This document shows, piece by piece, positions 9,197-17,740 of a stretch of 35,010 nucleotides of DNA. The first letter of the stretch is position 1, and the number at the start of each line of letters is the position of its first letter. The stretch is from a virus (lineage: Duplodnaviria; Heunggongvirae; Uroviricota; Caudoviricetes): positions 1 to 35,010 of IMG/VR virus record IMGVR_UViG_3300045988_019110; one strand, given 5' to 3'. A model generated the notes under the pieces. The model was not told the DNA's origin and searched no databases. It saw only the letters and a list, made by a program, of their open reading frames with translations. A program made the translations under genes and the position numbers.

Positions 9197-10617
9197 TTCT
9201 TACTCCTACGTTTCATATACTCAAGGAGGATATCCTGCACCTGTTTTTTCTCGTCGGTGCGTGAAGTGACAACAGAATCTAACGTATCTTTAGCAATAAT
9301 CTTGTAGATAAAAACGGGGCGATTGTGCCCAGATTGCTTTTGTCGTGTTGGACCTATGCGCTCTATAACCTGCAAATAGTGCTCAAGGTTCCATCCCTGA
9401 CTGAAAAAAGCCATATGATGGCCGCCGTCTTGTAGCGATATACCATGCCCGGCTGACGCAGGATGCACGCATAATATTTCGATTTCACCGCGGTTCCACG
9501 CTTCCATCTGCTTATTACCCTTCGCACCTTTGGCAAACGCCTGGGCCTGCGGGAATCGCTTAAGGATGCGCTCCAGTTCGTGCTTAAACTGATAGGCCAC
9601 CAGTAACGGCGCTCCCTGTAACTCCTCGACAATGGACTCCAGAGCATCCAGTTTCGTGTCGTGTACTTTCTCCCAGTCTTTCGTTGCTTCTCCGTCTGGC
9701 CCTGACACATACACGGCACCAGATGCAATCTGCAAACACTTCGACGTCTTCGCTGCCGCGTTAGCCGCTTCAACTTCCCCGCTTTCCAGTTCTGCGAATA
9801 ATTTCTCCTCCATATCGATGTACGCCTGACGTGCTTTCTTAGGCAGGTCGATTTCAACCGGCACGATAATAGGCGCCTCGCAACCGAACCACTCGGCGGC
9901 GTCAATCGTGAGACTAACGTCCTTCATCTTCTGGTGGATTTCAGTATCCGCACCCGGGCGCGCATGATATTCACGCGCCATCGCCGACTTACCTTTCTGT
10001 ACCGAGTTAAACCAGCGGTCTGTGAATGCCGTGTACGATGAACCGAGGCGCTCGCCCGCGTCGATAAACCAGTTCTGACCCCACAGGTCTTTGAGGCCGT
10101 TGGGTGATGGTGTGCCTGTCAGGTTAATGAACCGCTTAACTTTACCAAATGCCACTTTGCTAAGCGCCTTTGCCCGCTTGCTTCCACCAGAACGGCTGCG
10201 GAATGACTTAAGCTTCGTGCTTTCATCGGCAACGATAACGGTAAAAGGCCAGTCATCTTTGCCGTAGTAGTCAATCAGCCATTCAATAACTTCGTAGTTT
10301 GTGCACACCACGTTAGCGTCAGACTCCAGCGCCGCGATGCGGCGCTTCTCTGAACCGGTCGCATCAACGACACGAAGACAAGGAAATTGCCATTTCTCTT
10401 GTTCTGCTGGCCATGTGCCAGACGCAACACGCAACGGGGCGAGAATTAACACGCGGTCGTCATCATTAAGTTGGCCGTTGCGGAACAGTCTGTTTAGAAC
10501 CCACATTGTCGCGGAACTTTTGCCCGCGCCCATCGAAGCCCAAATATTACAGCGCGGATGTCGCAGCATGAACGAAGTCATGAGCTTCTGGTACTCGCGC
10601 CTTTGAAACTTAGACAT
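9193..10617 (-). CDS. SNF2/DEAD-like superfamily 2 helicase
   Basis: Walker A-like ASMGAGKSS and DExx-box VIVADESTK; start re-set to ATG at 10617 (GAGG Shine-Dalgarno), since track N-terminal extension overlaps the upstream gene. Confidence 0.7.
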   Translation of the reverse strand: MSKFQRREYQKLMTSFMLRHPRCNIWASMGAGKSSATMWVLNRLFRNGQLNDDDRVLILAPLRVASGTWPAEQEKWQFPCLRVVDATGSEKRRIAALESDANVVCTNYEVIEWLIDYYGKDDWPFTVIVADESTKLKSFRSRSGGSKRAKALSKVAFGKVKRFINLTGTPSPNGLKDLWGQNWFIDAGERLGSSYTAFTDRWFNSVQKGKSAMAREYHARPGADTEIHQKMKDVSLTIDAAEWFGCEAPIIVPVEIDLPKKARQAYIDMEEKLFAELESGEVEAANAAAKTSKCLQIASGAVYVSGPDGEATKDWEKVHDTKLDALESIVEELQGAPLLVAYQFKHELERILKRFPQAQAFAKGAKGNKQMEAWNRGEIEILCVHPASAGHGISLQDGGHHMAFFSQGWNLEHYLQVIERIGPTRQKQSGHNRPVFIYKIIAKDTLDSVVTSRTDEKKQVQDILLEYMKRRSKK

Positions 10618-11293
10618 GATTGGCCTCGTAAACTGCTTTTGCGAAACCTCGTGGGGTGAGGCTGCGGATTGTCTTTGTTCTGGCGCTCTTTCCGCCGAGT
10701 TTAGCCCAACCAGGGTTATCCCCGCTATCAGCGGCAACTACAGCAACGTCGGGCATAACAAACCCATTGCCTACCCATAGGCACGTCTTTTTAACATAGG
10801 CATCCCGCGCTGGGATAACATCCGGAAACATTGGATGCGTGTCGTCTTCCGGTAGATAGCCGCCGTATTCGTGCGGGTTGAACACATAATCAGGCTTACG
10901 CCATAAAGATGAAAGAACACTAACCGGGTTCTCAATCATATAGGGTACGTTATACTTTTTAGCCAGACGTGCCGCCACTTTGCATGTAATCACGGCCTCT
11001 ACCTGAAACGTCGGGTTATTCTTGCGCTTAGCTTCGAAATGGCGCGACCCACTAACGGCTAAATCCGTGCATGGGGGGAACGAAAAAATAATATCTGGCG
11101 CAACCTCGAAGTCGAATTTATTATCAATCCACGCGTTTATATAGTGGATGTTCTCGTGTTCAACCCTCGCGCCCAATCGTGCGTAGTCTCCGTGGTCCGC
11201 GCCATCATAGTTGAAACAATAGCAAGTATGGCCTGCTTCTGCCCACGGCCGGGCCATAAGGCCCGAACCGTCAAACAATGACCAGACAATCAT
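10610..11293 (-). CDS. compact DNA cytosine-C5 methyltransferase-like protein
   Basis: 227 aa with motif I-like LFDGSGL, motif IV-like FPPCT (catalytic Pro-Cys), motif VI-like IENPV and GNGFV near C-terminus; ATG overlaps upstream stop. Confidence 0.5.
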   Translation of the reverse strand: MIVWSLFDGSGLMARPWAEAGHTCYCFNYDGADHGDYARLGARVEHENIHYINAWIDNKFDFEVAPDIIFSFPPCTDLAVSGSRHFEAKRKNNPTFQVEAVITCKVAARLAKKYNVPYMIENPVSVLSSLWRKPDYVFNPHEYGGYLPEDDTHPMFPDVIPARDAYVKKTCLWVGNGFVMPDVAVVAADSGDNPGWAKLGGKSARTKTIRSLTPRGFAKAVYEANHV

Positions 11294-11481
11294 TTAGCCA
11301 CCAGAACTAACTCTTTACGCCCGAACGCCGTAACGTTACCGGTTACATCTTCGATAACCAGTTTACCGTTCGACTCGACGTACACCGTATCAACGGCAAC
11401 AGGACGACGGGTCTTAACGTTGAAAATCATGTCGCCAGGTACGATGTCACGTGCTGGTTTACGGTCATATTCGTATTTCAT
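11290..11481 (-). CDS. hypothetical protein
   Basis: 63-aa ORF with AGGA RBS; translationally coupled to downstream gene. Confidence 0.4.
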   Translation of the reverse strand: MKYEYDRKPARDIVPGDMIFNVKTRRPVAVDTVYVESNGKLVIEDVTGNVTAFGRKELVLVAK

Positions 11482-11520
11482 TTCTCAATTCCTTATAGTT
11501 AAGGCCCCGAAGGGCCTGTA

Positions 11521-11775
11521 TTAGTTAGATAATTCGGCTTGAACTTGCTTAATAAGTTCTCTAGCCGTTGTGAAGTCTACAGACAGACACTTAGCGACGT
11601 CTTCGGTCAGCACTTTGCAGCCAACTGACCCGAAACCGAGAATACGGTTTACCTCAGAAACCTTCATGGACCATGAGTAATTAGCCGACGCGCCAGTGTA
11701 TTTACCGATTCGAACAGATGAATCGATTGAACCCATAATCATGGTGTTTACTGACAGTTGAAGTTCGATAGCCAT
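11521..11775 (-). CDS. hypothetical protein, first gene downstream of leftward promoter P1
   Basis: 84-aa ORF with aagga RBS, immediately downstream of the TTGACA-17-TATAGT promoter. Confidence 0.45.
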   Translation of the reverse strand: MAIELQLSVNTMIMGSIDSSVRIGKYTGASANYSWSMKVSEVNRILGFGSVGCKVLTEDVAKCLSVDFTTARELIKQVQAELSN

Positions 11776-11777
11776 TT

Positions 11778-12095
11778 TTATAATTCCTTATATTGTTGGG
11801 GTATGTGCTTACTATAATAGCTCGCTATTAGGGTGTCAACCTGTTTAACCGAACCAACGACAAAAACATTCGCGCCACGTTTTCGGAATCTTTCATGTTC
11901 ACGTAACTGGTGCGGGTCTGGCTTCGTGTTTTCGTCTTTCTTCACCTCGACGAACCAGACGATGCCGCCAGGGAGAATTACCAGCAGGTCGGGAGCGCCG
12001 GAACGTCCTTCGTAAGACAGCTTACGAACGAGGCCCCCCAGGGCCTCGAATCGCTCTTTTGCGTATTTCTGTATTTTGCCCTCAGGCGTACTCAT
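11778..12095 (-). CDS. VRR-NUC domain nuclease
   Basis: 105 aa; PD-(D/E)XK-type motif GAPDLLVILPGGIVWFVEVKK typical of VRR-NUC. Confidence 0.6.
   Translation of the reverse strand: MSTPEGKIQKYAKERFEALGGLVRKLSYEGRSGAPDLLVILPGGIVWFVEVKKDENTKPDPHQLREHERFRKRGANVFVVGSVKQVDTLIASYYSKHIPQQYKEL
11811..11839 (-). promoter_or_regulatory. sigma70-type promoter P1 (TTGACA-17-TATAGT) with palindrome in spacer
   Basis: On - strand: TTGACA (11839-11834), 17-nt spacer containing AATAGCgaGCTATT, TATAGT (11816-11811); overlaps the 3' end of the VRR-NUC ORF. Confidence 0.5.
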
Positions 12096-12297
12096 CTATA
12101 CACCCCTCGCGTTTCGTATGTTCAATACCGCAGCGCGGACAGATTCGGCGGTCTTCTTCATAGAACCAGTAGATTTTCATTCCAGCACCCATAGATAAAT
12201 TGCGATGAACATGCTCAATATGGCAACCATCATGCCGTATTGCCCCTCGTGACAGTAGACACCGGCGGCGAATCCCGCCAGTACCGCGATAATCAGT

Positions 12298-15200
12298 TTA
12301 CTTGGCATAACGTTTTAACTCCTGACCTTCTGCTACAAGAGGAAACCCCTCGGCCCATTCCGGTAATTCACACATCAACCGCTCGAGTTCAGCGACATTG
12401 TATTCCGGCGCATCTGGAGTTTCGCACACCAGTTCATCGTGTACCGAGAGTACGATAGGATACCCACCACGCTCAACGTTAATCATCGCATAGGCAAGTA
12501 AATCACGGCACAGCGCCTGAACAATGTTTTCGCAGGCCTTGCCGCCGTGTGTGTACAGGGTAGTCCATTGGCGGGTTAACTGGTTTTCGCCTTGATACTT
12601 GATTCGCACATTCGTGTTTACCCGTCCGTCTTCATCTGTTTCCTTTGTCACACTAACCCCGATTCCCGGATAGGAAAGGATACGACCTGACGGCAACTCC
12701 ATACACAACCACCAACCCGGAACCTTCCTGCCGGATGAATCAAATTCTACAGTGCGCCATATGCGGATAGCCCTTTCCCCGTTCCTGCGCAAGTGCGCTC
12801 CCGCCCAAAATTCACGACCAGGGTTACGAACAGCGGCTAAAATTCCGTCTTTAAGGTCGCGCCAGAAAGCTACTGTTTCCGGGTGTGACTCGCGCCACAT
12901 ACGCTTGATCGCGTCGCATGTGCGCCACACTTTCTTGTCCAGAATATACGACGGTCGGTCGTCCTTTTCGCCCGGATGCGGCGGTCGCTTTGCTTCCTGG
13001 ATACGCGCCCACTCATAACCGCGTGCGGTAGCTGCCCATATGTGGTCAGGGAATGTACCGTCCATTGTTTTAGCCATCTCAATAAGGTCGAGGCCTAAGT
13101 TTTTGGCGAACGTAACGAACGCTCCGACACCCCCCTCATAGCCTAGGCCAAGCTCGCAGTTATGCGCCACAAGAAAGCCAGAGTCTGAGGCTATAAGAAA
13201 ACGGTTGCCGTCTTCCACATCAATCAGGTCGTACACCGGCTCGCAGTAGGTTAATTTCCCGCTCAAGTTCAGCAATGCGGGCAACGGCTGCATCGTACTT
13301 TCGTTGAAGCTCGGGTATTTGCCGTCTGTTTCGGCAGTTTTCAGAACGGCTGACAAACCGAATGTTTCCAGGTTCGTAGTTACCGTCTGTGTCGATTCTA
13401 TCCATTTCGAGGTTCGGGTCATCCCAGCCTTCCAGAGTTTGAACATATCTAAGAAAAGACCTTTTATCAGTCCTCCACTGGTCGAATACCGTGATGCCTC
13501 TTGCCCCGTAGTTTTTATAACCCTTATCCCTGGGGCTTGTTGTTCGCGTGATCGCCGCTGACAGCCGGTTGAGTAATCGCGTTCTGTGCGCATCATCCGG
13601 CATTGCGTCTTCGTAGCAGAAATACTGTTTACGATATTTTTTTGTTGCTTCAAGGGCGCAGCGGTTGCATTGAGTGGTTTTACCAGCTCTGACGTTGTCA
13701 TAATAGACCCGCCCCGGCATCTCTCCGCAATCACATTGGACGAGTAGTTGTCTTTGGCCTTGTCGTTTTGGTAACTCGCGCAGGATAACCAAGCGTCCAT
13801 ACCTCTCTCCAGGGCGAGGCCCATCATATATCTGTTTGAAGCGAGTTGCTTTGCCTGCTTCCAGGAATGCGCCAAGATTTTGTGGTCTTCGGTCATTAGC
13901 ACCCCGTCCACATTTATTACCGGTTTCCACCCCATAAGGTGCGCGCCTTTTGTATTCACCCATTTTTCACCGCTCCATACTTTATCTGTTGATGTAACCG
14001 CCATAATATCCTTAAATCCGCCATTGGTCAAAACTTGGGTATGGCGGTGAAGGCAGGCCTTACCAATCTGGCGTAAATCTTTACGTTCCTTCTTAATGTC
14101 GTCTGGGTCCATTCCGAACATCTTGCCCGCGGTTACACAATAAATGTCCAGTCCGGCACGGAACGTATCGAGCGCGGTTTCTTCACCTGCCAGCCACGCA
14201 AGTCCGCGGCCTTCAACGTTAGAGTAATCGGCAACAACAAACTTATGTCCTGCTTCCGGTATGATGCAGCTGCGAACCGTCGATGCCGTTAGCTTGGCTA
14301 CGTCAAATCGGCGGTGAGCACGACCCTTAAGTAACGCTGAAATGCCTTTATCCAGTTCATCATCATGATAGTACCCGCGGGCCAAGTTCTGCGGCTGGAA
14401 GCCTTTACCTGCCCATCGCAGAGTACGTTTTGCCCCACCGTACTGCAGGCAACCGCGACGGCGGTCGTCCGACGAGCGGCCTAACAGCAATGGGTTGTAT
14501 TTCGTGGACGCTGTTGACGCGGCACCGAGGCGCATTTCGATAATCGTACGGGCATCGTCCGGTAAATCATCGTCCGCCAACAGGTCATTCAGCGTCGACT
14601 TCTGTGCGTTGTGGATGCGGTGTGCGGGGGCAAGTTCACGCAGAATAGGTAGAAAGTCTTTACCAGTAAGTGAGCCGCCGTATTTGCGTTGGGCTTCTTC
14701 CTGTAACTGCGCTTTGTGTTTCTCCACAGCTTCAATCGCGGCTTCCGCCAGTGCAACGTCAACCTTAAACCCACGGTCATTGATTAACTGGTCCAGCTCC
14801 AGTACACGGTCCTCGAACTCTGAGTTACCCCACCGCGGCAGTTTATGGAAGACTTCACGCATCGCAGTGATGTCGCTCACGGCGTACTTGATGAACAGTG
14901 CCCACTCGTCCGGGTGTGTTTCGGCGGTGTAACGGCGGATTTTGTAGTTCTTCGGCGTCGGTTTAGAAAAACGCTTAATCAGCGCCTTGCCGCGTTTATC
15001 TTTCGCGTTGTCCGCGGATACACCCAGCACTTCACATAGCGCATCAAGCGAACCTGGTAGCGCGTGACGAAACGCCCAAATCATCGTATCAATGGTGTTG
15101 CTTACAGGAATGTCAAAGCCCCAGCAGTGCTTCATGATGAGCCTGTCGAACATTGAGCCGTTGTGCCACACCATCTTGATGCGGCTGTTTGGCTTAACCA

Positions 15201-15396
15201 GGCGGCGCAAGGCGCGATGCAAATCCCCCGGCATGTCGCTGCCGTCGGTGCAGTCCCATACCTGCACAGGCTCGTCGTCAAAAGCATAGGTACAGATAAG
15301 CACTTCTGTAGTCGGATGCTCGGCGTAAGCGTAGGAGCCGACTTTCTTTAAATTGGCTTCGGAGAATGTTTCAAAGTCTAAGAACAGGTAACTCAT
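12298..15396 (-). CDS. DNA polymerase, family A, with 3'-5' exonuclease domain; intein-containing
   Basis: 1032-aa ORF; N-terminal exo motif LFLDFETFS; motif A VVADYSNVEGRGLAW; motif B split as RQIGKA / CELGLGYEGG by a ~299-aa insertion with intein hallmarks. Confidence 0.85.
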   Translation of the reverse strand: MSYLFLDFETFSEANLKKVGSYAYAEHPTTEVLICTYAFDDEPVQVWDCTDGSDMPGDLHRALRRLVKPNSRIKMVWHNGSMFDRLIMKHCWGFDIPVSNTIDTMIWAFRHALPGSLDALCEVLGVSADNAKDKRGKALIKRFSKPTPKNYKIRRYTAETHPDEWALFIKYAVSDITAMREVFHKLPRWGNSEFEDRVLELDQLINDRGFKVDVALAEAAIEAVEKHKAQLQEEAQRKYGGSLTGKDFLPILRELAPAHRIHNAQKSTLNDLLADDDLPDDARTIIEMRLGAASTASTKYNPLLLGRSSDDRRRGCLQYGGAKRTLRWAGKGFQPQNLARGYYHDDELDKGISALLKGRAHRRFDVAKLTASTVRSCIIPEAGHKFVVADYSNVEGRGLAWLAGEETALDTFRAGLDIYCVTAGKMFGMDPDDIKKERKDLRQIGKACLHRHTQVLTNGGFKDIMAVTSTDKVWSGEKWVNTKGAHLMGWKPVINVDGVLMTEDHKILAHSWKQAKQLASNRYMMGLALERGMDAWLSCASYQNDKAKDNYSSNVIAERCRGGSIMTTSELVKPLNATAAPLKQQKNIVNSISATKTQCRMMRTERDYSTGCQRRSREQQAPGIRVIKTTGQEASRYSTSGGLIKGLFLDMFKLWKAGMTRTSKWIESTQTVTTNLETFGLSAVLKTAETDGKYPSFNESTMQPLPALLNLSGKLTYCEPVYDLIDVEDGNRFLIASDSGFLVAHNCELGLGYEGGVGAFVTFAKNLGLDLIEMAKTMDGTFPDHIWAATARGYEWARIQEAKRPPHPGEKDDRPSYILDKKVWRTCDAIKRMWRESHPETVAFWRDLKDGILAAVRNPGREFWAGAHLRRNGERAIRIWRTVEFDSSGRKVPGWWLCMELPSGRILSYPGIGVSVTKETDEDGRVNTNVRIKYQGENQLTRQWTTLYTHGGKACENIVQALCRDLLAYAMINVERGGYPIVLSVHDELVCETPDAPEYNVAELERLMCELPEWAEGFPLVAEGQELKRYAK
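13159..14055 (-). other. intein inserted in PolA motif B
   Basis: Pol-frame residues 448-746: N-terminal CLHRHTQVLT (block A), LMTEDHKIL (block B), C-terminal VYDLIDVEDGNRFLIA...FLVAHN followed by +1 Cys (blocks F/G). Confidence 0.65.
13220..13963 (-). CDS. HNH endonuclease-like ORF nested inside the intein in an alternate reading frame
   Basis: 247-aa ORF, different frame from the polymerase; ATG with GGAG 9 nt upstream; motifs GRLVIL...CDCGEM...CNRC and YKNYGARGITVFDQW...DRIDTDGNYEPGNIRFVSRSEN. Confidence 0.5.
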   Translation of the reverse strand: MGEYKRRAPYGVETGNKCGRGANDRRPQNLGAFLEAGKATRFKQIYDGPRPGERYGRLVILRELPKRQGQRQLLVQCDCGEMPGRVYYDNVRAGKTTQCNRCALEATKKYRKQYFCYEDAMPDDAHRTRLLNRLSAAITRTTSPRDKGYKNYGARGITVFDQWRTDKRSFLRYVQTLEGWDDPNLEMDRIDTDGNYEPGNIRFVSRSENCRNRRQIPELQRKYDAAVARIAELEREINLLRAGVRPD

Positions 15397-15412
15397 TATT
15401 TTCGACCCTTAG

Positions 15413-15434
15413 TAAAAAGGCCCAATGAAGGGCC
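15413..15434 (-). terminator. rho-independent terminator (- strand) between SSB-like gene and polymerase gene
   Basis: On - strand AGGCCC-ttcatt-GGGCC hairpin followed by TTTTT. Confidence 0.45.
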
Positions 15435-15455
15435 TTAGTTAAATTGATTCAGTTA

Positions 15456-16091
15456 TCAACGGCGACGACGTTCGCGGCGAGGTGCTTCATCTTCTTCTTC
15501 GTCTTCGTCTTCCAGGTCGTCGGTGCTTGCTACTACACTGGAACCCCCGAAGCGTTTACCTTCGCCCGCATACTTGATGCCGAGGATGGTAGCGCACAAG
15601 TTTTTCCATTCTTTGTGCCACCATAGCTCTACAGATACGTTTGCTACACACCCGCTGTATACCTGCTCGCCTTCTACTTCCTGCCCGTCGATGTTGAAAT
15701 CAGGCTCGGTTTGTTTTTCGCCTTTAGCTGAGGTCATAATTACAGGTTGGCGGTTGTTAGTAGCGCGGAAATACAGACCTTCTTCAAAATCTTCAATCGG
15801 ATTGTCACGCATTGCCAGGTCACGGACGCAGCATTTGTCTGCGTGGTGGTCTACGCCGTAGTTGGCCTTCATCCATTTTTCAGCAGCAGCTGTCCCGATT
15901 GCCTCTGTTACAACTTCCAGAGCGGTGTCGTAAAGCGCGTCGATTTGAGGGTGGTCAGGCTGCATAAGAACCGTAACCTGATATTTGCCCTTAATCAGTT
16001 TACCTGTTTTCTTGTCCTCAGAGTCGGCAGCACGTTCAAATACGTTAACCCATGCAGTGTTTACTTTACGCAGATTCAGTTTCAGTCCCAC
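15456..16091 (-). CDS. putative ssDNA-binding protein (DUF2815-like) with acidic C-terminal region
   Basis: 211 aa, GTG start with GAGGG RBS; acidic tail DDLEDEDEEEDE; sits between Cas4-like exonuclease and PolA, a position typical of phage SSB in this module type. Confidence 0.4.
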   Translation of the reverse strand: MGLKLNLRKVNTAWVNVFERAADSEDKKTGKLIKGKYQVTVLMQPDHPQIDALYDTALEVVTEAIGTAAAEKWMKANYGVDHHADKCCVRDLAMRDNPIEDFEEGLYFRATNNRQPVIMTSAKGEKQTEPDFNIDGQEVEGEQVYSGCVANVSVELWWHKEWKNLCATILGIKYAGEGKRFGGSSVVASTDDLEDEDEEEDEAPRRERRRR

Positions 16092-16154
16092 AGTTCAGCC
16101 CTCATTAAGTTTAGATTTTAAGTTTACTCCGGGAACCGCCCGGCCAGTGATTTA

Positions 16155-16183
16155 ACTATAATAGCTCGCTATTCGGTAGTCAA
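16155..16183 (-). promoter_or_regulatory. sigma70-type promoter P2 (TTGACT-17-TATAGT) with palindrome in spacer
   Basis: On - strand: TTGACT, 17-nt spacer containing GAATAGcgagCTATT, TATAGT; near-identical to P1. Confidence 0.5.
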
Positions 16184-16187
16184 CACT

Positions 16188-17444
16188 TTATTCTAAATCT
16201 TCTTCACTAACCTGATTCCACTCAGGACGTTTGTCGTCTGCCGTTGCTACGCATGGCGCGCCCGGCTTACGGGTAATAAAGTCTTTCAGTTCTTCTTCCG
16301 GTATGACTTTAATAGCTTCGGTCGGTGTCATCAGCACTTCTTTAGTCAGCTTATCGCCGTAGAGTTCTGTTACTTTCTCCGTGTCTTTCCACGCACGGTT
16401 GCCCATTTTACCTTCAACCAGCTTGTACCCAGGAACTTTCTTACCAGAATGCAACGCGGCGGCCATAGCTTTCTCAACCTTGTCGATGTGCTGGCGCAAC
16501 AACGGCAACTTCTCATACTCAGCGACGAGTTGCTCCGGCGTAAGTTCAAGCGCGAAGTCGTCTTCAAGTTCTTCCGCCAGTACAGAATTAACGGTTCTTG
16601 TACGCGCGGCGCACTGTTCTGAGAACCGGCACCACTGACAACCATCGACAGACGGCTTGAAGTCCGACGCTTTCAGGTTCTTCTTGCCGCGGGAATAAGC
16701 ATCAAGGGCCAACAGCGCCCGTTTCTGCGCGAACTTAGCGAACAGTTCCAGACCTTCGACCGAGATGTCCCACTCCGACGCGCCGCCAGCGTACGGCTGG
16801 AAGATTACCAGACGAACAACTTTGATGTTATAACGTCTCTTGAGTCGGCGATAAACACCGAGAGCGTAAAGCATAAGCTGCTTGTTTTCTTTCGCTTCAA
16901 CACGATGCCGTCCTGTTTTCAGGTCGCCGATAATGAGCATGTGCTCGTCGGTGTTAGCCTGTTCCTGAACGGCAACAAGGTCAGCAGTCCCGAACGTCTC
17001 GACGCCTTCGTAACCCGGATGCAATACCTCAGTAAGATTGACGCGCATCTCGAGCTTGGAATAAGTCGCGACATCGATAATCGGTTTGCAGTAGTCGGTG
17101 TACTTTCGCACCTGCTCAATCATGTCGGCCGTAATCAGTACCGCGCCTTTCATCGGGCTGATTAGCGCCTTAATCTGGCCTTTACCCTCATCCAGCACGT
17201 AAGCACCGACTTCACGCTCTAACGGCAACGCGGTTCCTCGAATATAGGCGTTGAGATGGACCTCAGCTATGGTGTGGCACGCGGTCCCCGTAACAGCAGC
17301 TTTACCTGACGTGTTAGGAATATCTTTTTCACAGGCCAGTGATGCACTGCACGTCAGCCACTTTTTAGCGCCTGACGGCGACAGTAAGGCGTGCACATCA
17401 TTATTGCCGCCACGTTCCTTTAAAATCATACCCTGCTCTCCCAC
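16188..17444 (-). CDS. PD-(D/E)XK Cas4/RecB-like exonuclease (DUF2800-like)
   Basis: 418 aa; N-terminal LSPSGAKKWLTC motif and C-terminal Cys cluster CQWCRFSEQC typical of Cas4-like iron-sulfur nucleases. Confidence 0.6.
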   Translation of the reverse strand: MGEQGMILKERGGNNDVHALLSPSGAKKWLTCSASLACEKDIPNTSGKAAVTGTACHTIAEVHLNAYIRGTALPLEREVGAYVLDEGKGQIKALISPMKGAVLITADMIEQVRKYTDYCKPIIDVATYSKLEMRVNLTEVLHPGYEGVETFGTADLVAVQEQANTDEHMLIIGDLKTGRHRVEAKENKQLMLYALGVYRRLKRRYNIKVVRLVIFQPYAGGASEWDISVEGLELFAKFAQKRALLALDAYSRGKKNLKASDFKPSVDGCQWCRFSEQCAARTRTVNSVLAEELEDDFALELTPEQLVAEYEKLPLLRQHIDKVEKAMAAALHSGKKVPGYKLVEGKMGNRAWKDTEKVTELYGDKLTKEVLMTPTEAIKVIPEEELKDFITRKPGAPCVATADDKRPEWNQVSEEDLE

Positions 17445-17698
17445 TGGTCAATTAAATGTCGTGTCTTATGGTCACAATGCATAGCCCAGCCATACATAGA
17501 CTCGAAGACATAAAAGTCAGGTTTGGCGAAAGTCGTGCGCTTAATCTGTGACACGTGACGGCCTATATCTTTAGGCCGCGGTACTTTGCCTAAGTACGCC
17601 ATCTCTTCCATCAGGTGCGCACCGGACGGCGCACGTAACAGCCATAGCGCCTCCGTGTTATCCCGCCTGTCAACGGCGCGGTAGAGTTGGTAAATCAT
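17426..17698 (-). CDS. hypothetical protein
   Basis: 90-aa ORF overlapping the downstream gene start by 19 nt. Confidence 0.35.
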   Translation of the reverse strand: MIYQLYRAVDRRDNTEALWLLRAPSGAHLMEEMAYLGKVPRPKDIGRHVSQIKRTTFAKPDFYVFESMYGWAMHCDHKTRHLIDQWESRV

Positions 17699-17740
17699 AT
17701 TTCCGACCCTCAGTTAAAGCGGCCCGAAGGCCGCCTATAG

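Noticed and set aside
9363-9905. 180-aa - strand ORF
   Set aside because: Lies entirely within the SNF2 helicase gene in another frame; highly basic, low-complexity translation typical of an off-frame artefact.
10618-10737. 40-codon N-terminal extension of the SNF2 helicase ORF
   Set aside because: Overlaps the methyltransferase-like gene in another frame; an internal ATG at 10617 has a GAGG Shine-Dalgarno and gives a compact 8-nt overlap typical of coupled phage genes.
14495-15351. + strand ORFs within the DNA polymerase region (14495..14932, 14845..15039, 15092..15289, 15163..15351)
   Set aside because: Antisense to a well-supported polymerase coding sequence with conserved motifs; no promoter or RBS support.
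11502-17734. GC-rich hairpins at 11502-11517 and 17719-17734 as terminators
   Set aside because: Stems are convincing (AGGCCC-cgaa-GGGCCT; GCGGCC-cgaa-GGCCGC) but neither strand has an adjacent U-tract, so they were left unannotated; they may be RNA stability or processing elements.
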